64,000 nucleotides of DNA from Acidobacteriota bacterium (GTDB lineage: Bacteria > Acidobacteriota > UBA6911). The stretch spans positions 6,656,001 through 6,720,000 of the forward strand of contig OY761556.1 in the NCBI GenBank assembly GCA_963664705.1, given 5' to 3'. The notes below the pieces were generated by a model that was given only the letters and a program-made list of their open reading frames with translations, made no database searches and had not been told where the DNA came from. The translations under genes were made by a program, and so were the position numbers. Shown here piece by piece: positions 10,399-20,260 of this stretch (position 1 is the first letter of the stretch; each line of letters opens with the position of its first letter).

Positions 10399-10444
10399 GG
10401 GAACAGTGCAGAGCGATTGATGCGCGGGTCCGCAGTGGAACGAA

Positions 10445-10906
10445 CTAAGCGCCGGCTTCGCTGGTCTGAAGCTTTGACTGCAGATTGGCCGTGAACTCGT
10501 CGCCCACTTCCTTTGCCTTGGCGCGCATGATTCTTTCACCGAAGGTGGCCAATCGGCCGACCAGCGATACATTCGCCATGTAGGAAACTTCAACGGTGTT
10601 CGGAGCTGTTTCATTCAGCTTCACTTCGATTTCGGTCGAGAAATTGCCGAGCTTGGTAACGTCGGCGCCTCTTCCAACCGCCTTGATGTAGTTCGGCGGA
10701 CGTACTTCTGTCAGCTTCGTCGTGAATTTCAGCTTAACTTTGAATGGTCCTACGCGCTGTTTGACGACGCTTTCATAAGTTTCCGCGTCGATGGCTTCCA
10801 TCATTTCGGTGCCGGGCACGCAGGTGCCGAGCGTCTTGGGATCCAGCAGTGAATCCCACACTTTCTGAATGGGGGCTTTCAGCGTAAATTGCCCGTCAAT
10901 AATCAT
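10445..10906 (-). CDS. coxG: CoxG/SRPBCC family protein
   Basis: VWDSLLDP..LGTCVPG and GRLATFG motifs; AAGGAG RBS; downstream of molybdoenzyme operon. Confidence 0.85.
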   Translation of the reverse strand: MIIDGQFTLKAPIQKVWDSLLDPKTLGTCVPGTEMMEAIDAETYESVVKQRVGPFKVKLKFTTKLTEVRPPNYIKAVGRGADVTKLGNFSTEIEVKLNETAPNTVEVSYMANVSLVGRLATFGERIMRAKAKEVGDEFTANLQSKLQTSEAGA

Positions 10907-11051
10907 TGGTATGACTCCTTTCGGTTTCGGCCTGGTTCCTCGAGGCCGTGCAGGACTGTCGCGGAACGATGTCGGCCGCAAGAATCTTCAGATTGATTGC
11001 GGCTGCCTGCAGTTATGGTGTTTTGCGGAGCGTTCGATGATATTTGCGCTT

Positions 11052-11089
11052 AAAAGCTCCAGTCACCGAGTCCGCTCGGTGACTGGAGC
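11052..11089 (-). terminator. Intrinsic terminator after C2H2 gene
   Basis: Perfect 15-bp stem GCTCCAGTCACCGAG/CTCGGTGACTGGAGC with a TTTT tail on the minus strand. Confidence 0.7.
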
Positions 11090-11103
11090 CGGTGTTTTCG
11101 GTC

Positions 11104-11331
11104 TTAGCCTTCGGTGACTTCGGCGGCCTCGGTTTTCAGCACGTCGGCCAGGGCCTGGTAGCCCTTGTTTCCGAACTCGGTGACCTGAGCCTTGATCAAG
11201 GATGCATAAGAAAGGCCCTGAGTCTTCAGCCATTCTTTGTGTTTCTTGTCGGTCTGGCCCAGATAATGCCGGGCCAAATCAAGATGATTGGAGCAAATCT
11301 TGCGACACATCGGACAACGATAATTAGCCAT
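11104..11331 (-). CDS. Small C2H2-like zinc-finger protein
   Basis: YRCPMC-x9-LARH-x7-H pattern; GGAGG RBS; 13 bp after the large-subunit stop. Confidence 0.75.
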   Translation of the reverse strand: MANYRCPMCRKICSNHLDLARHYLGQTDKKHKEWLKTQGLSYASLIKAQVTEFGNKGYQALADVLKTEAAEVTEG

Positions 11332-11344
11332 ATATAATTTCCTC

Positions 11345-13654
11345 CTAGTACGCTGTCTGCGCAGCTGCTTTTGCTTTCTGGTCCTTTTCCTTAACCGCCT
11401 TCAAAACCTTTTCCGGTTTCAGGACGTTGCTAAAGAATTCGGCACCGACAGCTTGATATACCGCATTCGCCAACGCGGGGGCTGCGGGCGCGATCGTCGC
11501 TTCGGCAGCTTCCTTGGCGCCAAACGGTCCGTTGGGTTCAAAGGTGGGAACTTCCAGGATCTCAATTTCCGGCATGTCGCGAGTCCGGAGGATTTTATAA
11601 TCCACGAATTCCGGGTTCAGAAGCATGCCCTGATCCATCGGCATCTCTTCACAGAGACCATAACCGAGTCCCATGTGAATCGATCCTTCCACCTGGCCGC
11701 GTGCGCCCAGCGGGTTGATGATCTGGCCGGAGTCATGAACCACCAGAACATCCTGTGCGGTTACGTGACCGGTTTCACGGTCGACTTTGGCTTTGATGGC
11801 CATGATTCCCATGCCGTAGGCAGGCGAAATCATGCCTTTGTTATGAGGTGTGTAATGGCCGGTTCCAGTCAGAGGCACGCCGTCATTGGCCCTGATTGCA
11901 TCTTTTACGAGGTCGTAATAGGAGAGTCCCCGTTCCGGGCGCAGCTCAAGGTAGATCCTGTGGTCTTTGGCAATGAGGTCGTAGGCGATATTTTCGCCCA
12001 GCTTCAGCCTTGCGATATCGACGAGCTTCTGTTTGACCTGTGACGCGGCATCCTTAATGGCATTGCCGTTCATCAGGGTCTCGCGGCTGCCCCACGCGCC
12101 GAGATCGGTGTAGGCATGAGCGGTGTCCCCCATGTGCAGGCGGATATCCTTGATCCCGATGCCCAGCTCTTCCGCGCAGATCATGGCGGCTACCGTGTTG
12201 TGCCCCTGTCCGCAATCGGCTGCCTGGCTGTACAGATCGACCGTTCCATCGTAGTTCACCTTGATGTGAGCCGAGGAATAGGCGTACGGAGTATCGATCC
12301 AGTTGAAGATACCACCGGACATGTAGGCAAATCCGCAATATCCGATACCTTCATCCTTTTCGAGTTTGGGCCATTTTTCCTTGACCCGCACTTCCATCTT
12401 CTCGATGCAGGGCTGGATCCCGCAGCTTTCAAATTTATACTGGCCGGGAGCCGTGTAGCCGGGAGCCACCGCATTGATCTTCCGGATCTGCAGCGGATCA
12501 ATTCCCAAATCCTTGGCAGCTCTGTCCAACTGGGTTTCAGCACAATACTTGGCCGGAACGGCTCCGAAACCGCGGATCGAGGTGCCCCATACGATGTTCG
12601 TGTATGTACGAACGCCGTCGTATCGGTAATTGGGGATCTTATAAGGCATGGTGATGAACGTGCCGGTCAGATAGAGCGTCGTGGCGCCCAGGCCGGTGAA
12701 TGCGCCTCCATTGGTGATCGTCTTCACTTCAAACGCGACGATCTCGCCCGTCTTCTTCAACCCGACCTTCAGGGCCATGTGTTGGGCGGTGCGGTGTTCC
12801 GTGGTGGTGAATTCTTCGTCTCTGTTGAAGACGATCTTGACAGGTCGCCCGGTCTTCATGGAGAGGATGGCCGCGTTGGTGGCATCCGGCATGGTGGAAT
12901 TCTTGCCGCCATAGTGGCCGCCGACATGCGGTTTGATCACGCGGACGTCGCCTTCGCGGATTTTCAATGCTTCCGCCAGGTTCTGCTGGACGAAGTAAGG
13001 AGATCCAGTGGAGGTCCATACGGTCAACCGACCCGTGCCTTTGTCGTAGCTGGCGATGGTGTTGTGCACTTCCATCGCGCAGGGATGAGCCGCTTCGAGA
13101 ACGTACCGATCTTCACGAACGTAATCCGCCTGGGCAAATCCTTCGTCCACGTTGCCCCATTCAATGTGGCGCGTCGCGTTGATGTTGCTGGGGAAGTCTT
13201 CGTGAACCATCGGCGCATCGTCTTTGATGGCTTCAATCGGATCGAAAACGGCCGGCAACGGCTCATAATCGACTTCGATCAAATCCAGAGCCTTTTCGGC
13301 AATCTCTTCAGTCGTAGCCGCAACGGCAGCCACGGGGTCACCGATGAAACGGACCTTGTCGGTCGCCAGAGCCGTCTGATCGGCCAGTTCGCGGAAGCGT
13401 CTCCACAAGCCCCATTTTCCGCCCGGGGTGTCTTTCGCGGTGATGATGCATTTCACGCCCGGCAGTTTTTCGGCTTCGCTGGTGTTGACGCTGACGATTT
13501 TTGCATGCGGATACGGGCTTCTCAGAAGCTTGCCGTACAGCATATTCGGCAGGGTAATGTCGATGGCGTAGGCCGCTTCGCCCGTAACCTTCGCAGGTCC
13601 GTCGACGTTGGGTGTCGGTTTACCGATGATGGAATATTTGGAATTCTCGCTCAT
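11345..13654 (-). CDS. Xanthine dehydrogenase family molybdopterin-binding subunit (4-hydroxybenzoyl-CoA reductase alpha-like)
   Basis: LRSPYPHAKI, GGHYGGK, RGFG, GQGHNT, GAWGSR, GQVEGS, FGAKEAAE; start overlaps small-subunit stop (TAATG); no CODH AYxCSFR/AYxGAGR loop. Confidence 0.88.
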   Translation of the reverse strand: MSENSKYSIIGKPTPNVDGPAKVTGEAAYAIDITLPNMLYGKLLRSPYPHAKIVSVNTSEAEKLPGVKCIITAKDTPGGKWGLWRRFRELADQTALATDKVRFIGDPVAAVAATTEEIAEKALDLIEVDYEPLPAVFDPIEAIKDDAPMVHEDFPSNINATRHIEWGNVDEGFAQADYVREDRYVLEAAHPCAMEVHNTIASYDKGTGRLTVWTSTGSPYFVQQNLAEALKIREGDVRVIKPHVGGHYGGKNSTMPDATNAAILSMKTGRPVKIVFNRDEEFTTTEHRTAQHMALKVGLKKTGEIVAFEVKTITNGGAFTGLGATTLYLTGTFITMPYKIPNYRYDGVRTYTNIVWGTSIRGFGAVPAKYCAETQLDRAAKDLGIDPLQIRKINAVAPGYTAPGQYKFESCGIQPCIEKMEVRVKEKWPKLEKDEGIGYCGFAYMSGGIFNWIDTPYAYSSAHIKVNYDGTVDLYSQAADCGQGHNTVAAMICAEELGIGIKDIRLHMGDTAHAYTDLGAWGSRETLMNGNAIKDAASQVKQKLVDIARLKLGENIAYDLIAKDHRIYLELRPERGLSYYDLVKDAIRANDGVPLTGTGHYTPHNKGMISPAYGMGIMAIKAKVDRETGHVTAQDVLVVHDSGQIINPLGARGQVEGSIHMGLGYGLCEEMPMDQGMLLNPEFVDYKILRTRDMPEIEILEVPTFEPNGPFGAKEAAEATIAPAAPALANAVYQAVGAEFFSNVLKPEKVLKAVKEKDQKAKAAAQTAY

Positions 13655-14223
13655 TATGCCCCCTTCCCTGACTTCGCCGTCTGCGCCCACTTTTGCGCGG
13701 TTGCTTTGCCCGGCAATTTCATTGCAGCCTCTTTCTGCGCTTCCTGATTTTTCTGCGCCTGCAGGCGCTTTGCCGCGTCCTGGACGGCTTCGATAATCAT
13801 GTTGTAGCCGGTACAACGGCAGATGTGGCCATCCAGCTGTTCCTGGATCTGTACCCTGGTAGGATCGGGATTCTCATCCAGCAGGGCTTTGGTCGCCATG
13901 ATCTGGCCTGATGTGCAGAATCCGCACTGGAAAGCCCAATTATCAACAAATGACTGCTGAATCGGGTGCAACTGTGTGCCCTGCGCGAGTCCTTCGACCG
14001 TCAGAACTTCCTTGCCGTTTACCTGCATTGCCAGAATGGAGCAGGATTTGACCGCCTTGCCTTCAATGACGACGGTGCATGCTGCACAGGAGCTGCTGTC
14101 GCACGCCTGATGCGTACCCTTCAGCCCCAGGTGTTCCCGGATTACCTGAACCAGAAGAGTCTTGGGTTCGATAAAAAGCTCGTGCGACTCCCCGTTCACA
14201 ACTATGTTAAACTGCTGTTTCAT
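13654..14223 (-). CDS. 2x[2Fe-2S] small subunit (CoxS/HcrC-like)
   Basis: CDSSSCAAC..C and QCGFC..ICRCTGY motifs. Confidence 0.93.
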   Translation of the reverse strand: MKQQFNIVVNGESHELFIEPKTLLVQVIREHLGLKGTHQACDSSSCAACTVVIEGKAVKSCSILAMQVNGKEVLTVEGLAQGTQLHPIQQSFVDNWAFQCGFCTSGQIMATKALLDENPDPTRVQIQEQLDGHICRCTGYNMIIEAVQDAAKRLQAQKNQEAQKEAAMKLPGKATAQKWAQTAKSGKGA

Positions 14224-14247
14224 AACGTACCCCCATTTGTCCTAGAA

Positions 14248-15135
14248 TTAGGCCTTCTGCGCTCTTTCCAAGGCTATCTTTCCAACTCGTCTCACCAAGG
14301 TTCCCGCCAGTTCCTTCTTGTATTCCGCGGATGCTTCAATGCCGGATACAGGGCTGGTTTCTTCTGAAGCTACTTTCGCTGCCTCAGCAAGCACCTCATC
14401 GGTGATCTTCTTCCCAATCAGAACGGCTTCCGCCTGCTTGGCTCTGAGCGGAGCGGTAGCAACGCCGCCCAACCCGATCCTGGCATTGGTGCACACTTCT
14501 TTTTTCTGATCGAGGGTGATCAACACGGAGGCGGATGCGAGGGCATAGTCTCCCTGCATCTGGGAATATTTTGTGAAATAGACGCCGGTATTCGGCGGCA
14601 GGGCAGGAATCGAAATTTCAGTAGCCATCTCGCCAGGCTGGACGGTGGTTTCGAAAAAGTCCAAAGCGAACTCTTCGGCATCAACCACTCTCTCTTCGCC
14701 TTTGCTGGCTACCTTGATTTTTGCATCCAGCGCAATCAGCGGCGGACCGGGATCGACGGCAGGATCTGCATTGCAGAGATCGCCGACGACTGTGCCCCAG
14801 TTTCGCGTTTCAACGGAGGCAACGTTCTCTTCCATCTCGCAAAGCACGGCGTACTTTTCCCGAACGATCGGTGACAGCTCGAGAGACCGGTGCGTGGCAC
14901 AGGCACCAATCTTCAACCCTTCCTTCGGATCGAAGGTAATGTAATCGAGATCGGCAACATTCTTGATGTCAATGATGTATTCAGGCGCGATCAATCGGTG
15001 CTTCATCGCGGTGTTCAAAGACTGGCCACCTGCGATGATTCTGTATTCATCGTCTTTGTGTTGGGAAAGCAGTTCAAGCGCTTCCTCAACCGTTGTTGCA
15101 GGTAAATATTCAAAATCAGTGGTAATGGCCTTCAT
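14248..15135 (-). CDS. FAD-binding medium subunit (CoxM/HcrB-like, no [4Fe-4S] insert)
   Basis: IAGGQSL, RNWGTVVGDLCNADP motifs; 295 aa. Confidence 0.9.
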   Translation of the reverse strand: MKAITTDFEYLPATTVEEALELLSQHKDDEYRIIAGGQSLNTAMKHRLIAPEYIIDIKNVADLDYITFDPKEGLKIGACATHRSLELSPIVREKYAVLCEMEENVASVETRNWGTVVGDLCNADPAVDPGPPLIALDAKIKVASKGEERVVDAEEFALDFFETTVQPGEMATEISIPALPPNTGVYFTKYSQMQGDYALASASVLITLDQKKEVCTNARIGLGGVATAPLRAKQAEAVLIGKKITDEVLAEAAKVASEETSPVSGIEASAEYKKELAGTLVRRVGKIALERAQKA

Positions 15136-15534
15136 TTGAGCTTGACCCCCTTATCTTTACAGTTTGTTTCTCTCCCTCAAGGGCGGCAAAGGAAGCAGCA
15201 ATCACCTGTCATGAAGAGAAAAAAGAACGGAGAAAACTGCATGATTACTTGATTCCCCGGTGTGCTTCCCTGTTTCCATTTTGGATAATGCCGGATTACA
15301 TCAACTACAACGCTTGCCCGGATTTTGGATAGATTGAGGGATTCTGCTATAAGCGGAGCTATTCAATCCGGGGATTTCTACACACATCTCCTAACATAAT
15401 AACAAGTTGGCTTGCCCTGTCCTCGGTTCGGGGTGTTTGCTGCATTCCAATCTTCTGTCCCCCAATATGGGCAATAATCAGTTTACTAATGAATTAGGTG
15501 CCTGCGAGCCATCATAAGGATATAGCTTAGCTGG

Positions 15535-15765
15535 TTAGGAATTAACCACCAGATACCCGGTAGAGCATTGATCGCACTTGACGATTTTTGCAGCGGCGGG
15601 GTAGCCCATGCTTTCGAGCGGGCCAGTGAGCTTTGTGCTGTCTCCTCTATAATGATCCTGGAAGCAGGCATTGAAATGCCGTCCCCTATAGAGGGAGCAA
15701 TTAATGCACGCTCTGCCTGAGAGCGGGCACTTTACGATGTTCTTGGACACCTTGCGTTTTACCAT
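15535..15765 (-). CDS. Small Cys-rich protein
   Basis: 76 aa; CPLSGRACINCSLYRGRHFNACF and C-terminal CxxC; AGAGGT RBS; first ORF after the sigma54 promoter. Confidence 0.65.
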   Translation of the reverse strand: MVKRKVSKNIVKCPLSGRACINCSLYRGRHFNACFQDHYRGDSTKLTGPLESMGYPAAAKIVKCDQCSTGYLVVNS

Positions 15766-15928
15766 AACTACCTCTCTAAATCTAAAGAAACGCCTCATCT
15801 TAGAAAAACGAAGTTGAGACTGTCAATACAATAGTTTCACTCTACGGAACTGCCGATCTGCTTCGCTTTGCGGCAGTAACAACGAGCTTTCAATCCTGAT
15901 GCTGCGCTTGCTAATTTCCGGGCGTGTG

Positions 15929-15945
15929 TGCATAAATCATGCCAA
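15929..15945 (-). promoter_or_regulatory. Sigma54 (-24/-12) promoter
   Basis: Minus strand TTGGCATGATTTATGCA, exact GG-N10-GC spacing, pointing at the molybdoenzyme operon. Confidence 0.72.
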
Positions 15946-15946
15946 G

Positions 15947-16399
15947 TTAGATCCAGCGTCTAAGTGTTTATCACAAAGTCCAGTTTTTTTCCACGAATAA
16001 CAGTTTTCTTTTTTGTCATAGATTTGAGCATATGCTCTTGTCGTCATAGATCCCGTGTATGAAATAGACTTGCCGTCTAAAAACTGGTCGTGATGATTGT
16101 ACATAAAAACCAACCCAGGCGCGGTCTGGAGACGCTATTGATACAAAAGGCATCCCGTCTTTAAACTGGATTATTTGTCCACAAATCTATCATCTCCTCC
16201 AGAAAGGTTGATAAAACAAATTTCCTATAGCGATCAAAAAGCATCGTCCGCAGAATTCCCACGCTCCGTTTCCAGCCGCATGAAGCTTCCCCGGAATCCT
16301 CGTTCAGGCCGCCGGCCAGGTGGAATTCGACCCCCTGCGATCATTATTCGAAAGAAAAATAAAAGGCGGATTTGGAGCAATAATAGATTTGACGTCTAA
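15947..16399. promoter_or_regulatory. Three copies of palindromic site WTAGAY-N5-GTCTAA
   Basis: TTAGATCCAGCGTCTAA (15947-15963), ATAGACTTGCCGTCTAA (16064-16080), ATAGATTTGACGTCTAA (16383-16399). Confidence 0.6.
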
Positions 16400-17000
16400 A
16401 CATTCGTCACGGGATCCATTTTATTATGAACATTATACATATGTTTTTCTTCATTGATCTGGACATGCCATCCAAATAGTCCCGGTTCCGGTGTCTCAGC
16501 ACCCAAGGCTTTTCCCTTGACAACACCGTTCCATCTGGTGGAATGTAATCCGCGTTGTTTGGGGTCGTAGTAGGAAATTGCCATGGCACGGTTGCCGGTC
16601 AGCCCGTTATGGCGGCCTGGTTTTTTTGTAAAATTTCCATGACAAAACAACCGCTGATTGGGTTTTCGGCCAGCCTTACCGAATCCCCAGTGTTGTTGGG
16701 CATTATCTTAAATGAAGCGAAGGAGTCGAACTCTACCGGGACCGGATCAGGTTTTGTTATTCAAGCGGAAGATCCTCCCGGCCTTAAGCTGAAATCGTTT
16801 GGCGGCGAATGGTTGTAGATTTGAATGTTACTCGTTTTATTCAGTAATAGTAAATCAGATGAAGCAATGAACAACCGCCACTAGGTTTCAATGCCACGTT
16901 ACCACGCGCGCCGCACGGTTCTAGTCTGTCTGCTCATTCTGTTCTATGCGAAGTTGTCCGGGAGACAGAACAGGGCCGCCGATGCGGGAAGGAGTCTACA

Positions 17001-18962
17001 ATGATTGTAGGAGTGATAGGCTCGGGTTCAATCGGACCCGACCTGGCGTATGGTTTCCTCTCTTCCCTTGCAGCGGGGGAGGGGGGGAAGGTGTACCTCC
17101 TCGATATTAAGAAGGAGGCTTTAGACGCTGGAGTTGCACGTATCGAAGGATACATCGGCAAAGCCCTGGCACGCGGTCGTATGAGCCAGAAGGCCGCCGA
17201 AGCCACCCGCGCAGCCCTTATCCCGACGATGGAGATCAAAGACCTCGCGGGCTGCGACTACGTTCTTGAGGCCGCAACAGAAGACCTCAAAATCAAGAAA
17301 GTCATTCTCAAAAATCTGGAATCGGTCGTCCGCGCGGATTGCCTGATCGGCTTCGCCACGTCCGCAATTCCAAGAGCCTGGATTGCCGTAGATGCCGCGC
17401 ACCCGGAACGGTGTTTTGTGAATCATCCGTTCTACCCGGCATGGCGCGCGCTCCCGATCGAGGTCGTTTCCTCCGGCGATGCTGCGCTGACCAAAAAGAT
17501 GATGGATGTAATGCAGACGCTCGGAAAGGTGCCGATCGCGACGGCGGATGTCGTCGCTTTTGCTTCCGATGACGTATTCAGCAATTACATTGTTGAAGCG
17601 GTGCGCATTGTACAGGAAGGGATTGCAACCGCTCCCCAGGTGGATCAGATCGTCAATAACGCGATTGGCGGCGGTGGGCCGCTCAACGTGATGGATCTGA
17701 CCAACGGCAACGTGCTGGTTGTGCACATTCAGGAGTTGATGCAGGAGGCTTATGGAGAGTGGTTCGCGCCGCCGGCATTGCTTGTGAAGAAGGGCACGGA
17801 CAGATGGCGTAACCCGAAGGGACCCGAGGATACAACCTACACAGCGGAACAAGCAAAGCAGGTGATGGATCGAATCCTCGCCGTTCTGCTCGGTCGCGCC
17901 TACGCTGTCGCCGAAAACGGCGTATGCGATCCTTCGGATCTGAACTGGCTCCTGAAGTTCTCTCTGGGCTACAACGAGGGAACGCTGGACCTCGGCAAGA
18001 AGCTTGGCGCCGACAAAGTGGCCGAGCTTTGCCTGAATTTCCAGAAAAAATTCCCCAGCTTCCCGGTTCCGAAATGCGTAGTCGAGAAGAAGCTGCCGGT
18101 TTATTACCGTGATGTCACGGTTGCCCGTGATGGCGACATCGCCGTGGTTGCGGTTCGCAGGCCCGAGTCCAAGAATGCGCTCTGCATGCAGGCCGTTCAG
18201 GAACTCAAGACTGTGTTCGAATCGCTGGAAGCCGACGCAAGCGTCAAAGGCGTTGTATTCACAGGCTTCGGTGGCGCGCTTTCCGGCGCCGATGTCAATG
18301 AATTCACTACTTTGACCACTCGTGAAGAGACGCTGGGCATCTGTTTCAAGGCTCATCCCGTGCAGAAATTCATCGCCGGCATGAAGAAGCCCGTTGTCGC
18401 GGCCGTGGATGGTCCGGTCATGGGCGGCGGCGCGGAATTCTGCATGTCCTGCCATGCCCGCGTGGTCGGTCCGAACCTGGTTTTCGGACAGCCTGAAGTC
18501 AACCTCGGAATCATTCCCGGATACGGCGCCACGCAGCGCCTGCCGCGCATTGTCGGCGTGGAAAAAGCTCTCGAGCTGCTGCGGACTGCCCGCTCCATCG
18601 GTGCCAAGGAAGCCTGCGAAATCGGCTGGGCAACCGGCAAACCTGAGGCAGACTATATCGGTGCGGCCAAGGCTCTCATCCGCGAACACCTCGCAGGAAA
18701 AGTGAAGCTTGCCTCCGTCAACCCGGCTCCCATTGCGGTTCCGGACCAGATTCCCAATGTTGAAATCGGCCACCGGTCTTTGGTCATCGACAAGATTCTG
18801 GTCAATGCGGTCAAACAGGGATTGCGACTCCCGCTCGACGAAGGACTCAAAGTCGAGGCGAATGCTTTCGCCGACTCCAAAGTGACGGTTGATGCGGACA
18901 TCGGTATCAAAAACTTTTCCCAGAACGGCCCGCGTACACCGGCCGCCTTTATCAACGAGTAG
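17001..18962 (+). CDS. 3-hydroxyacyl-CoA dehydrogenase / enoyl-CoA hydratase fusion (dehydrogenase N-terminal)
   Basis: GSGSIG Rossmann motif, EAATEDLKIK, HPFYPA..IE; C-terminal crotonase GAD, GGGAE, QPEVNLGIIPGYGATQRLPR. Confidence 0.88.
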   Translation: MIVGVIGSGSIGPDLAYGFLSSLAAGEGGKVYLLDIKKEALDAGVARIEGYIGKALARGRMSQKAAEATRAALIPTMEIKDLAGCDYVLEAATEDLKIKKVILKNLESVVRADCLIGFATSAIPRAWIAVDAAHPERCFVNHPFYPAWRALPIEVVSSGDAALTKKMMDVMQTLGKVPIATADVVAFASDDVFSNYIVEAVRIVQEGIATAPQVDQIVNNAIGGGGPLNVMDLTNGNVLVVHIQELMQEAYGEWFAPPALLVKKGTDRWRNPKGPEDTTYTAEQAKQVMDRILAVLLGRAYAVAENGVCDPSDLNWLLKFSLGYNEGTLDLGKKLGADKVAELCLNFQKKFPSFPVPKCVVEKKLPVYYRDVTVARDGDIAVVAVRRPESKNALCMQAVQELKTVFESLEADASVKGVVFTGFGGALSGADVNEFTTLTTREETLGICFKAHPVQKFIAGMKKPVVAAVDGPVMGGGAEFCMSCHARVVGPNLVFGQPEVNLGIIPGYGATQRLPRIVGVEKALELLRTARSIGAKEACEIGWATGKPEADYIGAAKALIREHLAGKVKLASVNPAPIAVPDQIPNVEIGHRSLVIDKILVNAVKQGLRLPLDEGLKVEANAFADSKVTVDADIGIKNFSQNGPRTPAAFINE

Positions 18963-18976
18963 GAGGGACAGCGACT

Positions 18977-20260
18977 ATGGCCAAAGAAAAATCAATTGTC
19001 GTTCTCGATGGCGGCCGCCGGCTGCCTCGGGCAGACATACTGCACAACAATAAGGGCCCTGGGCTCTTTACCCGATTTACCGCTACTCAACTTGGCGGAC
19101 TCGCCGTGAAAGCGGCTTTGGATCACACCCCGATCGACAAAAAGCTGATCGGCGGCGTGGTCATGGGGATGGCGGCGCATAGCCATCGCGACTCCATCTA
19201 TGGAGCGCAAGGGATGAAATGGCGGGCCGGCATCGGTTTCGATGTTCCGGCGCTGACCGTTGCCCGTATCTGCGGCAGCGGAGCAGAAGCGATTTCGGTG
19301 GCCTCCGAAATGGCTCTGGCGGGATTGCGGCATGACGAGGCACGCCCATTCTATATCGCGGGCGGTGCCGAGAGCATGCAGTACCCGTTCTCTCTTTACA
19401 ACATGCGCGGCAAACAGGTAGGAACTTCCGTTCAGAAGTACGGTCCTATCGACAGCAAGTCTCTCCCTCCCGGAACCGCGATCCAGGATGCACTCATGAT
19501 GTGCCTGTATGATCCGAGTGCTCAGATGGCGATGTCCAATACCGCCGAGGAACTTGGACGACGGTACGGCATCACCCGCGAGGAGTGCGATCGCTTCGGC
19601 TATCGCTCCCACGTGAATGCCAAAGCCGCCCGGGACGCCGGATACTTTGACGAAGAGATTGAGCCGGTCCTGGTTGAAGGGAACGGATCAACCGCTCCGA
19701 TTACCGTCAAGTACGACACCCATATCCTTGAAAATCCATCCCTGGAAGGCATGGCAAAACTGCCACCCGCGTTCGAGGCAAATGGTGTGATCACGGCCGG
19801 AAATGCCAGTGCTGTCGTCGACGGCGCGGCTGCCATGGTGCTCGGCCTGGAATCGGATGCCCAGAAGTACGGTCTGAAGCCTCTGTGCCGGATTATCGGT
19901 TATGGGCTCGCCGGTGTGGAATCCAAGATCATGGGAATCGGCCCGGTCCCTGCGACCCAGAAAGCCCTGGCAAAGGCCGGGATCAAGGGTGAACAGGTCG
20001 ACATCGTCGAAATCAACGAAGCGTTCTCGCCGCAGTCTCTGGCTTGCGCCCGCGATTTTGAAAAGATGGGAATTGACCCGGAAAAACTGAATCCTATGGG
20101 GAACGCCATCGCCCTGGGCCACCCGCTCGGTGCAACCGGTGCCATCCTGACTCTGACCTGCGCTTATGCCCTCCGCCGCAGAAAACTGCGCTACGGAGTG
20201 GTGACCATGTGCATCGGAGGCGGGCAAGGTATCGCTCTGGTCCTCGAATCGATCCACTAA
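18977..20260 (+). CDS. Thiolase (acetyl-CoA C-acyltransferase)
   Basis: ICGSG, TAGNAS..DGAAA, EINEAF, GHPLGATG, CIGGGQG. Confidence 0.93.
   Translation: MAKEKSIVVLDGGRRLPRADILHNNKGPGLFTRFTATQLGGLAVKAALDHTPIDKKLIGGVVMGMAAHSHRDSIYGAQGMKWRAGIGFDVPALTVARICGSGAEAISVASEMALAGLRHDEARPFYIAGGAESMQYPFSLYNMRGKQVGTSVQKYGPIDSKSLPPGTAIQDALMMCLYDPSAQMAMSNTAEELGRRYGITREECDRFGYRSHVNAKAARDAGYFDEEIEPVLVEGNGSTAPITVKYDTHILENPSLEGMAKLPPAFEANGVITAGNASAVVDGAAAMVLGLESDAQKYGLKPLCRIIGYGLAGVESKIMGIGPVPATQKALAKAGIKGEQVDIVEINEAFSPQSLACARDFEKMGIDPEKLNPMGNAIALGHPLGATGAILTLTCAYALRRRKLRYGVVTMCIGGGQGIALVLESIH

Noticed and set aside
9517-10494. 325-aa plus-strand ORF
   Set aside because: Overlaps two minus-strand ORFs with good RBSs and a terminator hairpin; no domain features
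12116-13747. 543-aa plus-strand ORF, and similar long ORFs at 1554-2711, 17121-18773, 22176-23570, 29122-30072 and 46692-47810
   Set aside because: Antisense shadows of well-supported genes in GC-rich DNA, with no motifs
11345-15135. Aerobic CO dehydrogenase (coxMSL plus coxG)
   Set aside because: Large subunit lacks AYxCSFR (form I) and AYxGAGR (form II); it reads TSIRGFG
15950-16990. Short ORFs or a riboswitch in the divergent intergenic region
   Set aside because: No convincing RBS or motifs, and no riboswitch consensus recognised by eye; an Rfam/Infernal scan would be needed to exclude one
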